NCBI GenBank assembly: GCA_963741205.1
Contig: CAVUHW010000036.1
Location: 1 to 58,096 of the forward strand
Direction: 5' to 3'
Source of the DNA: Nitrospirota bacterium
GTDB lineage: Bacteria > Nitrospirota > UBA9217
DNA: 58,096 bases
Shown here: one piece after another, positions 1-12,978 of the stretch
Layout of the letters: the number at the start of each line of letters is the position of its first letter
How positions within the stretch are numbered: the first letter of the stretch is position 1
The notes under the pieces: generated by a model
Seen by the model: the letters and a program-made list of their open reading frames with translations, nothing else
The model's database searches: none
What the model was told of the DNA's origin: nothing
Made by a program: the position numbers and the translations under genes

Positions 1-104
1 CCCCGTACTGGACTCGAACGAGCAAGCCTTGAACGAAGAGTACCAGATAAAGTACGCAAATTCGTGATTTGTAACAGGCGTGAACTACAGACCTTATGAT
101 TAAA

Positions 105-172
105 ATGGCAAGTCTGACTTAAGGTATATTTTCGTTAGGAAGACCAAAATACACCGAAAGGAGACTTGCCAT
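105..172 (+). promoter_or_regulatory. Stem-loop in the IS110 left end that occludes the transposase SD/start
   Basis: ATGGCAAGTCT (105-115) is the exact reverse complement of AGACTTGCCAT (162-172). Inner stem GGTATATTTT (123-132)/AAAATACACC (146-155) has one mismatch. Confidence 0.65.
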
Positions 173-333
173 GATTAACATTAGCAAACTCGATTTCAGC
201 GGTCAACATATTTATGTCGGCTTGGACGTTCATAAGAAAAGTTGGAGTGTATGCATCTTGACTCAACAGTTTGAACATAAGACCTTCACGCAGCCACCAG
301 ATCCATTGGTCCTGGCCAACTACCTGAATCGGA
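171..333 (+). mobile_element. IS110-family transposase, N-terminal fragment (truncated)
   Basis: MINISKLDFSGQHIYVGLDVHKKSWSVCIL...PPDPLVLANYLNR matches the IS110 DEDD/RuvC-like N-terminus (YVGLDVHK). SD AAGGAG at 158-163. Similarity ends near 333, where the sequence becomes the antisense of DUF2182. Confidence 0.8.
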
Positions 334-500
334 TATGGGCGTTGGACCATCTCCATTCCCATATCCATGCTCTTCTCCCTCAATGCAATACTGAACATAT
401 ATGTCCAGGACAACACTGTGATCCCCGTAAGACCGAGCACAACTATGGTACGATCCCGTTTCTGCAGCGACTCTTTCAACGGTTTCTCATTCATCTTCAC
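333..500 (-). pseudogene. DUF2182 (predicted metal-binding membrane protein), N-terminal fragment
   Basis: RDRTIVVLGLTGITVLSWTYM..SMDMGMEM resembles the DUF2182 N-terminus. It lies directly downstream of DUF1326, its usual partner, and is truncated at the IS110 junction. Confidence 0.65.
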
Positions 501-509
501 ACGCTCCCG

Positions 510-1085
510 TTAGTCGCTGTGATACTCAAAGGTCGTTGACAGGGCATTCTTACCGCGGTGATCGAATTTCATCGTACTGTCATCGAACCAATCTTCCTCG
601 GCAATTGCTGCGATACCGTGAATATTCGGAATACGGCACAGCTTCGGCCCCACATCAAGCTTCAGCGCGCCAACAGCCAGCCCCAATTTCCCAACAACAG
701 ACATCCGATGTCGCCATCCTTCGCTTTTCATCTCAATAGCCGCGCGTTCTACACTTTGCACATCCCATAGCGCGTGGAATATCTTTCCGAGATGTCCGCC
801 ATCCGCTGCCGTGAAAATTTGTCTCAGCGCATCAAATTGATCGGTTGTTGCACGATCGTCAATGTAAAAACGGCACTTCCATTGGTTTTCGCGCATATGA
901 CCGTCACAGTGCACGACCATTATTACGTTTAAACCATCGAGCGTTATATCACGGTACTGTCCCTGTTTTACGTGCCACGCACAATTACCTTCACAGAAGC
1001 CATAGGTTGGCGCTTGCCCTGTCCAGCATGGACAAATCGACTCGCAGTTACACGCTTCAAAATATAGAAACCGGTAACTTTCCAC
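510..1085 (-). CDS. DUF1326 family protein
   Basis: YFEACNCESICPC...PTYGFCEG and YIDDRATTDQFDALRQIF motifs. Confidence 0.85.
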   Translation of the reverse strand: MESYRFLYFEACNCESICPCWTGQAPTYGFCEGNCAWHVKQGQYRDITLDGLNVIMVVHCDGHMRENQWKCRFYIDDRATTDQFDALRQIFTAADGGHLGKIFHALWDVQSVERAAIEMKSEGWRHRMSVVGKLGLAVGALKLDVGPKLCRIPNIHGIAAIAEEDWFDDSTMKFDHRGKNALSTTFEYHSD

Positions 1086-1415
1086 TGTATTTTTTCTTAT
1101 TTATTTTTCGTCCTCCAGTATTTTCCCGGAAGCTCACTACTTCAGGCACTTTACTTTTTTGTTTCTCAAGACGCTCATACGCACCTCTTCATCGCCGCGC
1201 CTTACTTATAGAAAAGTCACACGTCTCCCTCAAGGGCGAAAGCTGAAGGTTGCGTTTGCCGCTGGCCGATCCATGATTTTGGTTTCACGGCTAACCGGAT
1301 ACTCGACCGTCACGGACTGACTCATCGGCGGACCGCTCATTACTGGATCAGGGTAAAATAACGTTGAGTTTCTTGGCCGTGCCTTCCCATAACCACGACC
1401 GAATAACCACTTTCA

Positions 1416-2627
1416 CTATTTGCTGGGATTATTACAGTGAAAAATAAAACGTCGCTCCCTTGTCCACTTCTGCCTCTGCCCAGATGCGTCCGCCATGATG
1501 ATCGATGATTCGCTGAACTGTCGAAAGACCAATGCCCAAGCCCGGAAATTCATTTTCTGAATGGAGTCGTTGAACGGGGCGAACAGCCGATCCGCGTATT
1601 CCATGTTGAAACCGGCTCCATTGTCCTTGACGTAATAGACAGCTTTCCCATTGCTCTGCGTAACACCGAACTCAATTCTCGCATCGGGCCGTTTTGAGCT
1701 GAACTTCCACGCGTTACTGACGAGGTTTTCTATTACTATCTTAAGCAGCACCGGATCTCCTTCTGCGTACACATCTTCGGCGATCACAAACTCCACGCGT
1801 CGTTCAGGCTGGTTTTTTGCGAACTCGGCCGCCGCTGTTTTTGCCTGCGTGCTGAGAGACACTTTCGAGCGGCTCAATGGGTCGAAAGTGAGGCGCGACA
1901 CGCTGAGTAATGCGTTGATAAGCTCAATCATTCGCACCGCGCCATGTTGTACCCGGTGGATGTAATCCCTGCCCAATTCATCCAACTTTTCAGAGTAATC
2001 TTCAGACAATATGCGAATGAACCCATCAATGGACCTTAGAGGCGCCCTGAGATCATGAGCTACGGCGTAGGCGAACTGCTCTAGCGATCTGTTGGAGCGC
2101 TCAAGTTCTGCTTTTGTCTCAAGCAATATCTTCTCAGCGTTCTTGCGCTCGGTGACGTCCCGGATTACGGCCAGCACGACGATATCATTCGTCATGTGCA
2201 AAGGCCCAAGAGAGATATCCACCGGAAATTCGGTACCGTCTTTTTTTCTGCCGAATAATTCCAGCCCGGTGCCCATGGGACGAACGTGCGGATCAGACAT
2301 AAATCCCCTGCGGTGCTCCCGATGTTTTTCCCGAAAGCGTTCCGGCATAAGAATGTCATGCTCTGCTTCAAGCAGGTCTTCCCGCGCGTAACCAAACAGC
2401 CGTTCAACCTGTTTATTGGCCTGGACGATACGGCCTTCACGATTGACAACAATGATTGCGTCGGGAGCGAATTCGAAAAGGCCCTCAAACATCGATTTGG
2501 TTTTGTGGAGTTCCTCCACATACCTCTTTTTGTCCTCTTCTATAGTTTCCAGCTCATTGATTCTCTGACGTAATTTGATCAGGTCATTAATGAGCTGTTC
2601 TTTTGTTATGTCTTCCGGTATGTCCAT
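1416..2627 (-). CDS. PAS-domain sensor histidine kinase (C-terminal frameshift near 1570)
   Basis: PAS (APDAIIVVN...[23 protein letters not shown]), H-box AHDLRAPL, N-box [11 protein letters not shown]1 DNGAGF. The G2 box ([21 protein letters not shown]) continues in another frame. Confidence 0.9.
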   Translation of the reverse strand: MDIPEDITKEQLINDLIKLRQRINELETIEEDKKRYVEELHKTKSMFEGLFEFAPDAIIVVNREGRIVQANKQVERLFGYAREDLLEAEHDILMPERFREKHREHRRGFMSDPHVRPMGTGLELFGRKKDGTEFPVDISLGPLHMTNDIVVLAVIRDVTERKNAEKILLETKAELERSNRSLEQFAYAVAHDLRAPLRSIDGFIRILSEDYSEKLDELGRDYIHRVQHGAVRMIELINALLSVSRLTFDPLSRSKVSLSTQAKTAAAEFAKNQPERRVEFVIAEDVYAEGDPVLLKIVIENLVSNAWKFSSKRPDARIEFGVTQSNGKAVYYVKDNGAGFNMEYADRLFAPFNDSIQKMNFRAWALVFRQFSESSIIMADASGQRQKWTRERRFIFHCNNPSK

Positions 2628-3076
2628 AGGCTCCTGCCCAAATACAACGAAAGTCCTACCGGTCCGCAGTTACAATATCTCGACGGATGGTTGTATGACA
2701 TCAGGAATGTTAATGTATGCTCTCTCACTGCCTAATCTGCGCTAATCAGGTCCTAATTCCTAATTGAAGGATAACACATTTGGCATGATTAGATTGACGT
2801 AAGGGTCCTCAGTGCCACATTAGATCCCTGATCCTTCCGGCGAGCGTCCCAATACGCTTCGTTCCCGGTCCAGGCTCTAATTGAGATCTGTCGTAGTAAT
2901 TCTTTTTAGTTGAAATAGTGATTGTTTCGAAGGTCTGAAGCTCCACCGATTTAGTGAGGAAGGGAGAATGTTAAGAAGGATGTTTCTTATCAAGTTATCT
3001 GAGCTAGGTTGATTTATCAGATGCAAGTCAATCTAGTAGCAATGTCCTCAAGTCAGCCGTCTGCCGATGAGGTCAA

Positions 3077-3364
3077 TCAATCTCTCGGTACGACTGAGAC
3101 ACCAGATTTTCTAATTATAACGGTTGACTCTGGATTGTTTTTTAATTGGCTAGCTATATCAAGTCTCTCAAGTGTCTCGGCAAGTTCTTTTATATCACTA
3201 TCATCAATATATGACGCTAAAATAGAAAGTAATAACACCGAGTCTTTTGTAACGATTCGAAATTTGTGTCCATATCGATCGAAATCGATTTCATCATCAT
3301 GTCTTGCGTATGGGAAGCGGTAATTAAGATAGTCACGAATAACTTGCATCTTATTAAGCGCCAT
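3077..3364 (-). CDS. hypothetical protein (low GC)
   Basis: 95-aa ORF with an AGGAG SD before the ATG at 3364; no family recognised. Confidence 0.6.
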   Translation of the reverse strand: MALNKMQVIRDYLNYRFPYARHDDEIDFDRYGHKFRIVTKDSVLLLSILASYIDDSDIKELAETLERLDIASQLKNNPESTVIIRKSGVSVVPRD

Positions 3365-3769
3365 TTTTCTCTCCTTTCTATTCGCGCGGCATCTCAAACA
3401 TCATCTACTTGCACCTTTCCCAGTGAACCAAGCCTGACCGCAGCGGCTTCGAGGCATGGCGCGATAAGCTCATATTTATCTGATGTTATTTACGTTCCTT
3501 TTTTGAGTCCACAGTATTTTTAATACGGTATTTTAGTTTGGAACGAAAATCAGTTTAAAGTTGGATAGTTTCCGTAATGCACGTTTTGGGTGAAGTACTT
3601 CTCAATTTGTCTCTTTAATTATAAATCAGGACAGTTTTAGTATAAATAGGCAAAAATACCTAATTTAACACGACCGACGAGATCCACAAAAGCGATGGGC
3701 GGGGAAAAGGACTGAAGCAATCGGAAAACTTATAAGGAAATCGTTAAACTCAATGGCATGAAATTCTCA

Positions 3770-3900
3770 ACCATCGTCACTTCCAGGTCATCCACGATCT
3801 CTTGGGCCATGATGTCGGGATTGGGGTGGTCGTCGGAGGCTTCAATGGATTGGTCTTTGTCTTTGGGCAAGAAGATGTTGAGGCTAGTCTTGCCCCAAGC
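3770..3900 (-). pseudogene. Remnant of a type I restriction-modification HsdM C-terminus
   Basis: KTSLNIFLPKDKDQSIEASDDHPNPDIMAQEIVDDLE resembles the conserved HsdM tail (SLDIFWLKD.SLED..NLP.PDV.AQEIVEDLE). The rest of the gene is absent. Confidence 0.6.
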
Positions 3901-4041
3901 CTGCCCGGCAAACTTATGCTTCAAATAAAGCTTGACTTTTATGAGCGTAAATACTATAATTATTGTGAAAGACTAAATAATTAAGTTATTGCAATGCGCC
4001 TTGCGTGGCGAACTTCTTCGCATTGGAACAGGAGGTTACTT

Positions 4042-4337
4042 ATGAATATATTAACTTTGATAATTTATCTTTTTGCAGTCAGTGTAATATTCTACGCGTT
4101 GCTCAGAGCTCAAGTCTGAATAAAAAGATCCCGGGAGGCATTGTCAAGGAATGTTGGCGTCTCCTTTATTACCTGATAGGTGTTATGGCGGTAGGTTATC
4201 TCACGCTACCGCTGTTTCCGAGATTGCCAGAATCATCGCGTGATATAGTTGTCGCCATCATATATCTGCTAGGGGCCGTGTTTGTTGTCAATGTCACCAA
4301 TCTGTTGTACAAAATCGCAAGAGAGGTAGGTTTGTGA
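4042..4337 (+). CDS. small membrane protein (frameshift near 4115)
   Basis: SD GGAGG at 4032-4036, then ATG 4042 MNILTLIIYLFAVSVIFYALLR, continuing in another frame into KIPGGIVKECWRLLYYLIG with further hydrophobic segments. Confidence 0.55.
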
Positions 4338-4661
4338 CCAGCAAGACAACACCGAGCCGATAGTAGAGGTCCTCCCTGAATGTGCCCGCGCCTATTTCCT
4401 TTAGCAGGTTCTTGCTCGTTGACGTGATTATCCGCGTGTTCAAAAACAATCACATCCGACCACACCGCTCTCTGGGTTACCGACCCCCGGCCCCAGAGGC
4501 AATTCTAACCAAAAATACGACTCTCCAACTGGTACAATAGCTGGGGCTGACAGCTTAACCCTGGGTTGACAAGCGATTTGTTTGCACTTGACCGCAACAT
4601 AAAGTTAGGGTAGGATTGAAATCGATTCAGCATCGATACACGTTCGGGAAAAGGGGGTTAT

Positions 4662-6296
4662 ATGGCGCCAGGAATTTTGGTTTTCATCGAAAACAAAGAG
4701 GAAAAATCTTTTTTCGACAATTTACTGAAAACCGATGCTTTCCCTTTTTTTGAGACCCATATTTCCCTCGAAGCGATAAATATTCTTCAGGAGAACGATA
4801 TCGGTTTGATCATAGCAGGTAGTGTCATGGCAGGGATCAGGGGTGAGCAGTTCAAGTTGATCGCCGAGAAGATACGGCCCGGCGTCAATACCGTTCTGAT
4901 CGGTCCCCTCTCCCGGGAGAAAAACGGATTTCTCATCGCCACTGAGGAATTTAAGAACCTCATCCACAGTTCCGTTAAAACCGAGCATACGCTCCGGAGA
5001 GAACTGGGGGATGCAAAACAGCTCGTATTCGCGCTCGCCGACCGATTGCTGCAGATATTCGGTGTCAATGACCGGTATTTTTTCAACAACGACCATCTCG
5101 TCGCTGATCTTTCCTATAAACTGGCCATGAAGATGGGACTCGAAGAAAATCTGGTGAATTCCATTCGCTTGGCGGCGCTGCTCCGTGATCTGGGAAAAGT
5201 CGGGATTAAGCTTCAACTCCTCGAGGGAAACGTCAGGCTGAAACAGAGCGAATTGACTCCTATCAAGGAGCACCCGCTCCATACGGTCCAGCTGTTACGA
5301 CAGATTCAGTTTCCCTGGAATCTGGAATTCATCATCAGCCAGCATCATGAGCACTATGATGGAAGCGGCTATCCCCACGGCTACTCCGGGAGGCAGATAT
5401 GCATCGGGGCGCGCATTATCAGCGTCGCAGACGCCTTTTATGCAATGACGACGGACCGCCCCTATCGTAACGCGTTGGCTCAAGTCTGGGCGGTGGAGGA
5501 AATAAGAAAGAACGCGGGAGGCCAATTCGATCCTGAGGTTGTTGAGGTCCTTCTTTCCGTCCTCAAGGAAGAACCGGCCATCAAAACCTCGGATAAGAAT
5601 GTTTTGATCTTCCAAAGGGAAAATCATATCGCGGCACTGATCAAGTTGAGCACGATTGCCGACGAAATGCAGATCTTCCACACGTCCAGCGCCATTGACG
5701 CCATCTTATACATCAGGCAAAAGAAACCCGTCCTCGTCATCACCGATATCGAGGCGCTCGAGCCTGAAACGACTTCCCGGTTTTCCCATATCGTCATCCA
5801 GACGGCGAAAGCGCAGGAGCGGAAAGTGCTGATCGTTACTCCCGACAAAAACTATCCGCGGATCATCGGGGGTGACGTCGACTACATTTCACAACCCATC
5901 GACATTCCAGCATTGACAAAAAAGATCCATGAACTTACCAGCAAGGGACTTCAGCCGGCATCCCCGGAGGCAAAACGAGAAGGGCTTACGGGCAAGATAG
6001 AGGAATTCAGCCTTCCCGATATTATCCAGATCCTGAGCTTAGGCCTGAAGACGGCCAAGGTGGAGGTTGACGGATACGGGGGAAACGGCGTGCTGTATAT
6101 TCAGAGCGGGAAAATCGTACATGCCACTGTGGGAAAACTCCGCGGTCCCCAGGCATTCCTGGAACTCGTGCGCTGGAAGAAAGGACAATTCTGCATCAAG
6201 CACAGCCAGATAACGGACGACATCAATGTGACCACGGACACCAGTAACCTTCTGTTCGAAGCCGCTAAACATGTGGATCGGGAGTTGACCGCGTAG
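4662..6296 (+). CDS. REC-like / degenerate HD-GYP / REC-like / DUF4388 (PATAN-like) signalling protein
   Basis: HHEHYDGSGYP, ARIISVADAFYAMTTDRPYR and QFDPEVV are HD-GYP motifs, but HD reads RD (LLRDLGK). C-terminal GLTGKIEEFSLPDIIQIL...G.IVHA is DUF4388-like. Confidence 0.85.
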   Translation: MAPGILVFIENKEEKSFFDNLLKTDAFPFFETHISLEAINILQENDIGLIIAGSVMAGIRGEQFKLIAEKIRPGVNTVLIGPLSREKNGFLIATEEFKNLIHSSVKTEHTLRRELGDAKQLVFALADRLLQIFGVNDRYFFNNDHLVADLSYKLAMKMGLEENLVNSIRLAALLRDLGKVGIKLQLLEGNVRLKQSELTPIKEHPLHTVQLLRQIQFPWNLEFIISQHHEHYDGSGYPHGYSGRQICIGARIISVADAFYAMTTDRPYRNALAQVWAVEEIRKNAGGQFDPEVVEVLLSVLKEEPAIKTSDKNVLIFQRENHIAALIKLSTIADEMQIFHTSSAIDAILYIRQKKPVLVITDIEALEPETTSRFSHIVIQTAKAQERKVLIVTPDKNYPRIIGGDVDYISQPIDIPALTKKIHELTSKGLQPASPEAKREGLTGKIEEFSLPDIIQILSLGLKTAKVEVDGYGGNGVLYIQSGKIVHATVGKLRGPQAFLELVRWKKGQFCIKHSQITDDINVTTDTSNLLFEAAKHVDRELTA

Positions 6297-6591
6297 TTTC
6301 GCGCGTCAGCGATATATTTTTCGAGGAGTCTTTAGCAATAATTGACCAGTCGGCGATCAACAAGGAGAGTTTTGTGGTTGCCGCTGACCGGGTCAGCAAA
6401 AGGATCGCCTTGTTTTTCGGGCGGCGGCAATCTTATGCTTCCAGGGCCGGCAAGATCAAAGGCATAGTTCCATATCATCGTCATCGGCTTTCTTTTGTTT
6501 CTTCCCCTTTCCCCCGGATTCAACTTTGATAGTCTCAAAAAATAATATTTTCGCCATATAGGAAACTTTCCGTAAGTACCGGACCGCAGCA

Positions 6592-7419
6592 TCACAATTT
6601 CCTTATTCCGTTCCTGCAGAACGCTTCTTTCAGCTCAATTCTTTTTTTGATGATCCCCAGGTTATATTGATATTTGTCGCTCTCAAAGCTCCATGATGAC
6701 GGATGCCATAGATGGAAAACGATTGCAAGACCTCTCATGGACCGAACCTGCTTTCCCTGGTTCAAAACCCTGATACCCAGGTCATTGTCCTCCAGTGAGC
6801 CGTCCAGAAAGTCCTCGTCGCAACCGTTGATTGCCAGGAAAAGCTCCTTGTAAAGGCTGAAATTGCAGCCCCAGACACCGTCATCGGTTATCCTGTCGCG
6901 ATGCATCAGCCTGCGTATCAGCGGGTTCTTGATCTGAAATGCTTCTTCAACCTTTCGCGACTGGCCTTTCATTGCGTCAAGAAGCAGCCTCACACCCGGT
7001 GCATTCAGCACCGTGCCTTGCTCCAACAGCCGCTCAGTCAGTTGTCTGCCGATATCGACTCGTTTTCCGCTCAGGATGGCTGCCGGGTCGCTTCGTTCGG
7101 CATGTGCGCGGATATAATGGCGATGGGCCATGCAATCGCCGTCAATGAAGACAAGGTATTCGCCTTGAGATTGCCGCACTGCTTCATTCAGGATCCTCGG
7201 TTTTCTGAAGCCGATGTCCTCCTGCCACACATGCGTTATGGGAAAAGCATCCGCGAGGGACTTCTGCATCTCCCGTATCAGATCGCGCGTTTCATTCGTG
7301 CTCCCGTCATCCGCGATAATCACCTCCGACGGCAACATGCTTTGCTGAGCCAGGCTCAATAAACAGAGCTTAAGGGCCTTGGGCCGGTTGTATGTCGGAA
7401 CAATCGCTGATATTTTCAT
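6592..7419 (-). CDS. glycosyltransferase family 2
   Basis: ISAIVPTYNRP, ADDGS, FIDGDC, GCNFS, NGCDEDF, EDNDLG. Confidence 0.9.
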   Translation of the reverse strand: MKISAIVPTYNRPKALKLCLLSLAQQSMLPSEVIIADDGSTNETRDLIREMQKSLADAFPITHVWQEDIGFRKPRILNEAVRQSQGEYLVFIDGDCMAHRHYIRAHAERSDPAAILSGKRVDIGRQLTERLLEQGTVLNAPGVRLLLDAMKGQSRKVEEAFQIKNPLIRRLMHRDRITDDGVWGCNFSLYKELFLAINGCDEDFLDGSLEDNDLGIRVLNQGKQVRSMRGLAIVFHLWHPSSWSFESDKYQYNLGIIKKRIELKEAFCRNGIRKL

Positions 7420-7451
7420 GGAATGATTCGGGCTTCTTTGATTATTATTCG

Positions 7452-8318
7452 TTATGCATTGTGCAATGCATACCGCTCCGCATGGTACGAACTCCTGACC
7501 AGCGGTCCGGCGGCCACATGGCGGAACCCGAGGGACAAGGCCCGTTCGCGGAATTCCTGAAATTCGTCGGGATGGTAATATTTTTCAACGGGCAGATTGT
7601 TCTTCCCCGGCCTGAGATATTGGCCGAGCGTCAGAATTGAACATCCCTTCTCTCGGAGATCTTCCAGGACTTGCATAAGCTCGTCGACGCTCTCGCCCAA
7701 GCCGAGCATGATGCCGGACTTGGTGAGTGCGCCGCGCTTCGCGGCCCGGTCCAGCAATTCGATTGATCGCCGGTAATCGGCCCGCGGCCGCACGCGCGCG
7801 TACAGAGACGGGACCGTTTCCAGATTATGATTCAGGACGTACGGTCCTTCCTCAAGGACTGTATTCAGGGAAGACCCGGAACCTTGAAAATCCGGTATCA
7901 ATACCTCCACCCTGCAGTCCGGCATCATTGAACGTATCGCCCGTATCGTTTGCGCGAAGAACGCTGCGCCGCCATCCGCAAGGTCGTCCCTGGTCACCGA
8001 GGTGACGACCGCGTAAGAAAGCTGGAGCGATTTTACGGCGTCCGCCACGCGAGAGGGTTCCCCGGCATCCGTCCCCGAGGGAACTCCTTTCGGGACATTG
8101 CAGAACCCGCACCGGCGCGTGCACACGTTTCCGAGTATCAGGAACGTCGCAGTCCCGGCATTCCAGCACTCCATACGGTTCGGGCAGGCCGCGCTGCGAC
8201 AGACCGTGTGGAGATCATTGTTCTCGACGAGGTTCTGCACTTTCGCCGAGGTCTCGCTCGCAGTCAGCCGGATCTTGAACCAGGGAGGAAGACGTGTGGT
8301 TATTGGATGAGGAGACAT
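7452..8318 (-). CDS. lipA: lipoyl synthase (radical SAM)
   Basis: CRSAACPNRMEC (CX4CX5C), CTRRCGFC, HNLETV and PLVRSSYHA. Probable start at ATG 8318. Confidence 0.95.
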   Translation of the reverse strand: MSPHPITTRLPPWFKIRLTASETSAKVQNLVENNDLHTVCRSAACPNRMECWNAGTATFLILGNVCTRRCGFCNVPKGVPSGTDAGEPSRVADAVKSLQLSYAVVTSVTRDDLADGGAAFFAQTIRAIRSMMPDCRVEVLIPDFQGSGSSLNTVLEEGPYVLNHNLETVPSLYARVRPRADYRRSIELLDRAAKRGALTKSGIMLGLGESVDELMQVLEDLREKGCSILTLGQYLRPGKNNLPVEKYYHPDEFQEFRERALSLGFRHVAAGPLVRSSYHAERYALHNA

Positions 8319-8448
8319 ATTTGTTATGAAGAACGGCACCACGTGCCTGCACTCGCAATGTCCTAGGTCCTGTATTTGCGGCTGGCACGTATAAACGCTG
8401 GGTGCAGGAGCGGTAGCCTTCGGTCCAAGCAGTTCGCTTGACGAGAAC

Positions 8449-10830
<2,382 letters not shown>

Positions 10831-10974
10831 GGATTCGCTCCCGGTCTCTTTCTTTTTGAATTTACTTAAGATATCGTATAGCTTCAAAATACTTTCCTTC
10901 AGCGTTTTGCACATCATTCACTCTCAGGAGGGCGGAACGTAAGAACAGGTACTCGCAGCTTGCTGCGGAAAAGT

Positions 10975-11376
10975 TTACGCGAGCTTGCTGAGCGTGATCT
11001 TTAAGAGACCATGCTTGTATTCCGCCTTCACTGTTTCGTGATCGATGGGAGCGTGCAGCGCGATTTCGGACCGGAAATCGCCATACTTAATCCCCAACTG
11101 ATGACAGGCGTTCATGTCCGCAAGGACGGGCTGCTTTCTCGTCCCTTCCACCACCAGGAGGTCGCTGAACAGTGTGACCGACAAATCATCTTCGGACACT
11201 CCCGCCACTTCGACGACGACGATGATCTTGTCCAGCGTTTCATAGATATCGGTGGGAGGATGCCAGACGATGGTAGAGTGGAGCGGCCAGGTGCCGAAGG
11301 CGTCCCAGATGCTCTGGAATGCCGCATCAGGACGCGTCCGTCCTGAATATTTATAGGCAATGTACCGATAGCGCAC
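10975..11376 (-). CDS. Hsp20/alpha-crystallin small heat-shock protein
   Basis: WHPPTDIYET, VEVAGV, YGDFRSEI, AEYKHGLLKITL; directly upstream of lon. Confidence 0.9.
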   Translation of the reverse strand: MRYRYIAYKYSGRTRPDAAFQSIWDAFGTWPLHSTIVWHPPTDIYETLDKIIVVVEVAGVSEDDLSVTLFSDLLVVEGTRKQPVLADMNACHQLGIKYGDFRSEIALHAPIDHETVKAEYKHGLLKITLSKLA

Positions 11377-11785
11377 GTTCCCTGCCTCCTTTCGAAAACC
11401 GGAAATTTATTCACATACTCTGTCGCGTTTATTGATTATAGCGTGTTTTAGCGCGAAAGAAAATTAAAAAAACCCGTGAAGCTGTATCGCCGCTTTGATG
11501 AACTTTTCCCGCCCTTCATTCGCCTCTCAAACGTACGACATTCCACGTGGAATTCCTCGCGGACCGTCACTCCTATTCTACCATTTACCGCATCACGAAG
11601 ATCAATAAATACGTGAAAGGAGAAACCGGCAGGAACCCGGCGATTGTGGCGTCTGCATTCTCAGGCCCCTGGGATGATGAATTTTTAAGCGGAATGGCAA
11701 CGCGTTGCTCAGAACGTGCAGAGGATACGCTAAGCGACCAGAAACAATGAAGCAAAGAGCACTTTTTATCTGATCCATCTCCACG

Positions 11786-11820
11786 AAAAAAAAGGGAGAC
11801 AGGAACGGATCCCGTCTCCC
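11786..11820 (-). terminator. Intrinsic terminator of the FDH operon
   Basis: Minus strand GGGAGACGGGATCCGTTCCTGTCTCCC followed by T8. Confidence 0.85.
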
Positions 11821-11838
11821 ACAGTAGAGGATGATCAA

Positions 11839-12976
11839 TTAATGCTGCTTGCCCGGCTCGTGGAACACCGGCAGATACGTGACCGCAAGCCGGTAGAGCA
11901 GGACCATGAGCGATACAAGGCCGATCGTGACCAGGATCTCCGTGATTGTCGGGAAGTAGTTCGCTTTCGGCCCGGCCTGGGCGAAGAAGTTCACGTTGAA
12001 CCGGTTCATTACCGTTCCGGCAATAACACAGGACGAGGCCAGCAGCAACCCGTTTGCCGACTGCCGTACCGACTTCATCGCATACAGCGACGATCGGGAT
12101 GACTGCGCCGATCGCGATCTCGAGGGTGAAGAACAGACTCGCCTTCCCGCTCGAGAAGACGGCTGAAAGGTTTCCCCGATAGGCCATGTCGCCGAACTTC
12201 GCGGCGAGATAGACCGCGAGGGCGATCAGTACGCCCCTTCCGAGGCCTTCAAGGATGTCCATCTCCGGCTCATGCTTGAACGCACGGGCGCTCAGGATCG
12301 TTTCAAACGACACCATGGCAAGTCCGAGCGCGATGGCCGATAGATAGAACAGGTACGGAAGGTTCGGCGTATACCACAGCACCGGGACCTTGTGCGGCAT
12401 GATCAGGAAGAAGCCGCCCAGGGACGACTGGTGCAGAAACGAGAGCACGATGCCCGCGATGACCAGCGGAAACGTAAAGAACTTGAGTACCTTCAGCAGC
12501 CCGTGGAGTTGAAAGCGCTCCAGGAACGCGGGAGCAAATTCAAGCGCCAGCACGGTCGTGTAAAGCGTGATGCACCAGACCACTTCGAACATGACGGAAT
12601 GGGGATTCCACATGAAGATGGGATGCCAGAAACTGAGCGGTTTCCCGATGTCGATAACCAGCCCGACGATGACGACCAGGTAGCCGATGAAAGCCGTAAG
12701 GATGGCCGGCCGCGCGATCGATTTGTATTTTTTCATGTTGAAGATGTAGACCGCCGCGGTAATGCTGAAGCCGCCGGCGGCCAGCGCCACGCCGGACAGA
12801 ACGTCCACGGCGACCCAGAGGCCCCAGGGAACGTTGTCAGACAGGTTCGTCGATGCGCCGAGCCCGACGAAGAGTCGATACAATGCCGCTGCGACGCCGA
12901 TCACAACCAGCGCCACGAGCGTCTTGAAGCCGGCAGCAGGTGCCGGTATGGCTGAGGATGTCGCGTTCGCTGCCAT
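11839..12976 (-). CDS. NrfD/HybB-type membrane anchor of formate dehydrogenase (frameshift near 12080)
   Basis: VPWGLWV, GVALAAGGF, DIGKP, SVMFEV and LHQSSLG motifs. The C-terminus NRFNV...YFPTITE lies in ORF 11839-12078. Confidence 0.88.
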
Positions 12977-12978
12977 GG

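Noticed and set aside
2731-2765. Four CTAAT repeats upstream of the histidine kinase
   Set aside because: Too short and irregularly spaced to call a binding site.
8319-8448. Hairpin between lon and lipA (ACGTGCC...GGCACGT) as a ncRNA, and the N-terminal extension of the lipA ORF
   Set aside because: No recognisable RNA family motif, and the extension does not resemble LipA.
11585-11838. Long C-terminal tail of ORF 11585-12976
   Set aside because: It is out-of-frame read-through after the indel near 12080; the real C-terminus ends at 11839, just before the terminator.
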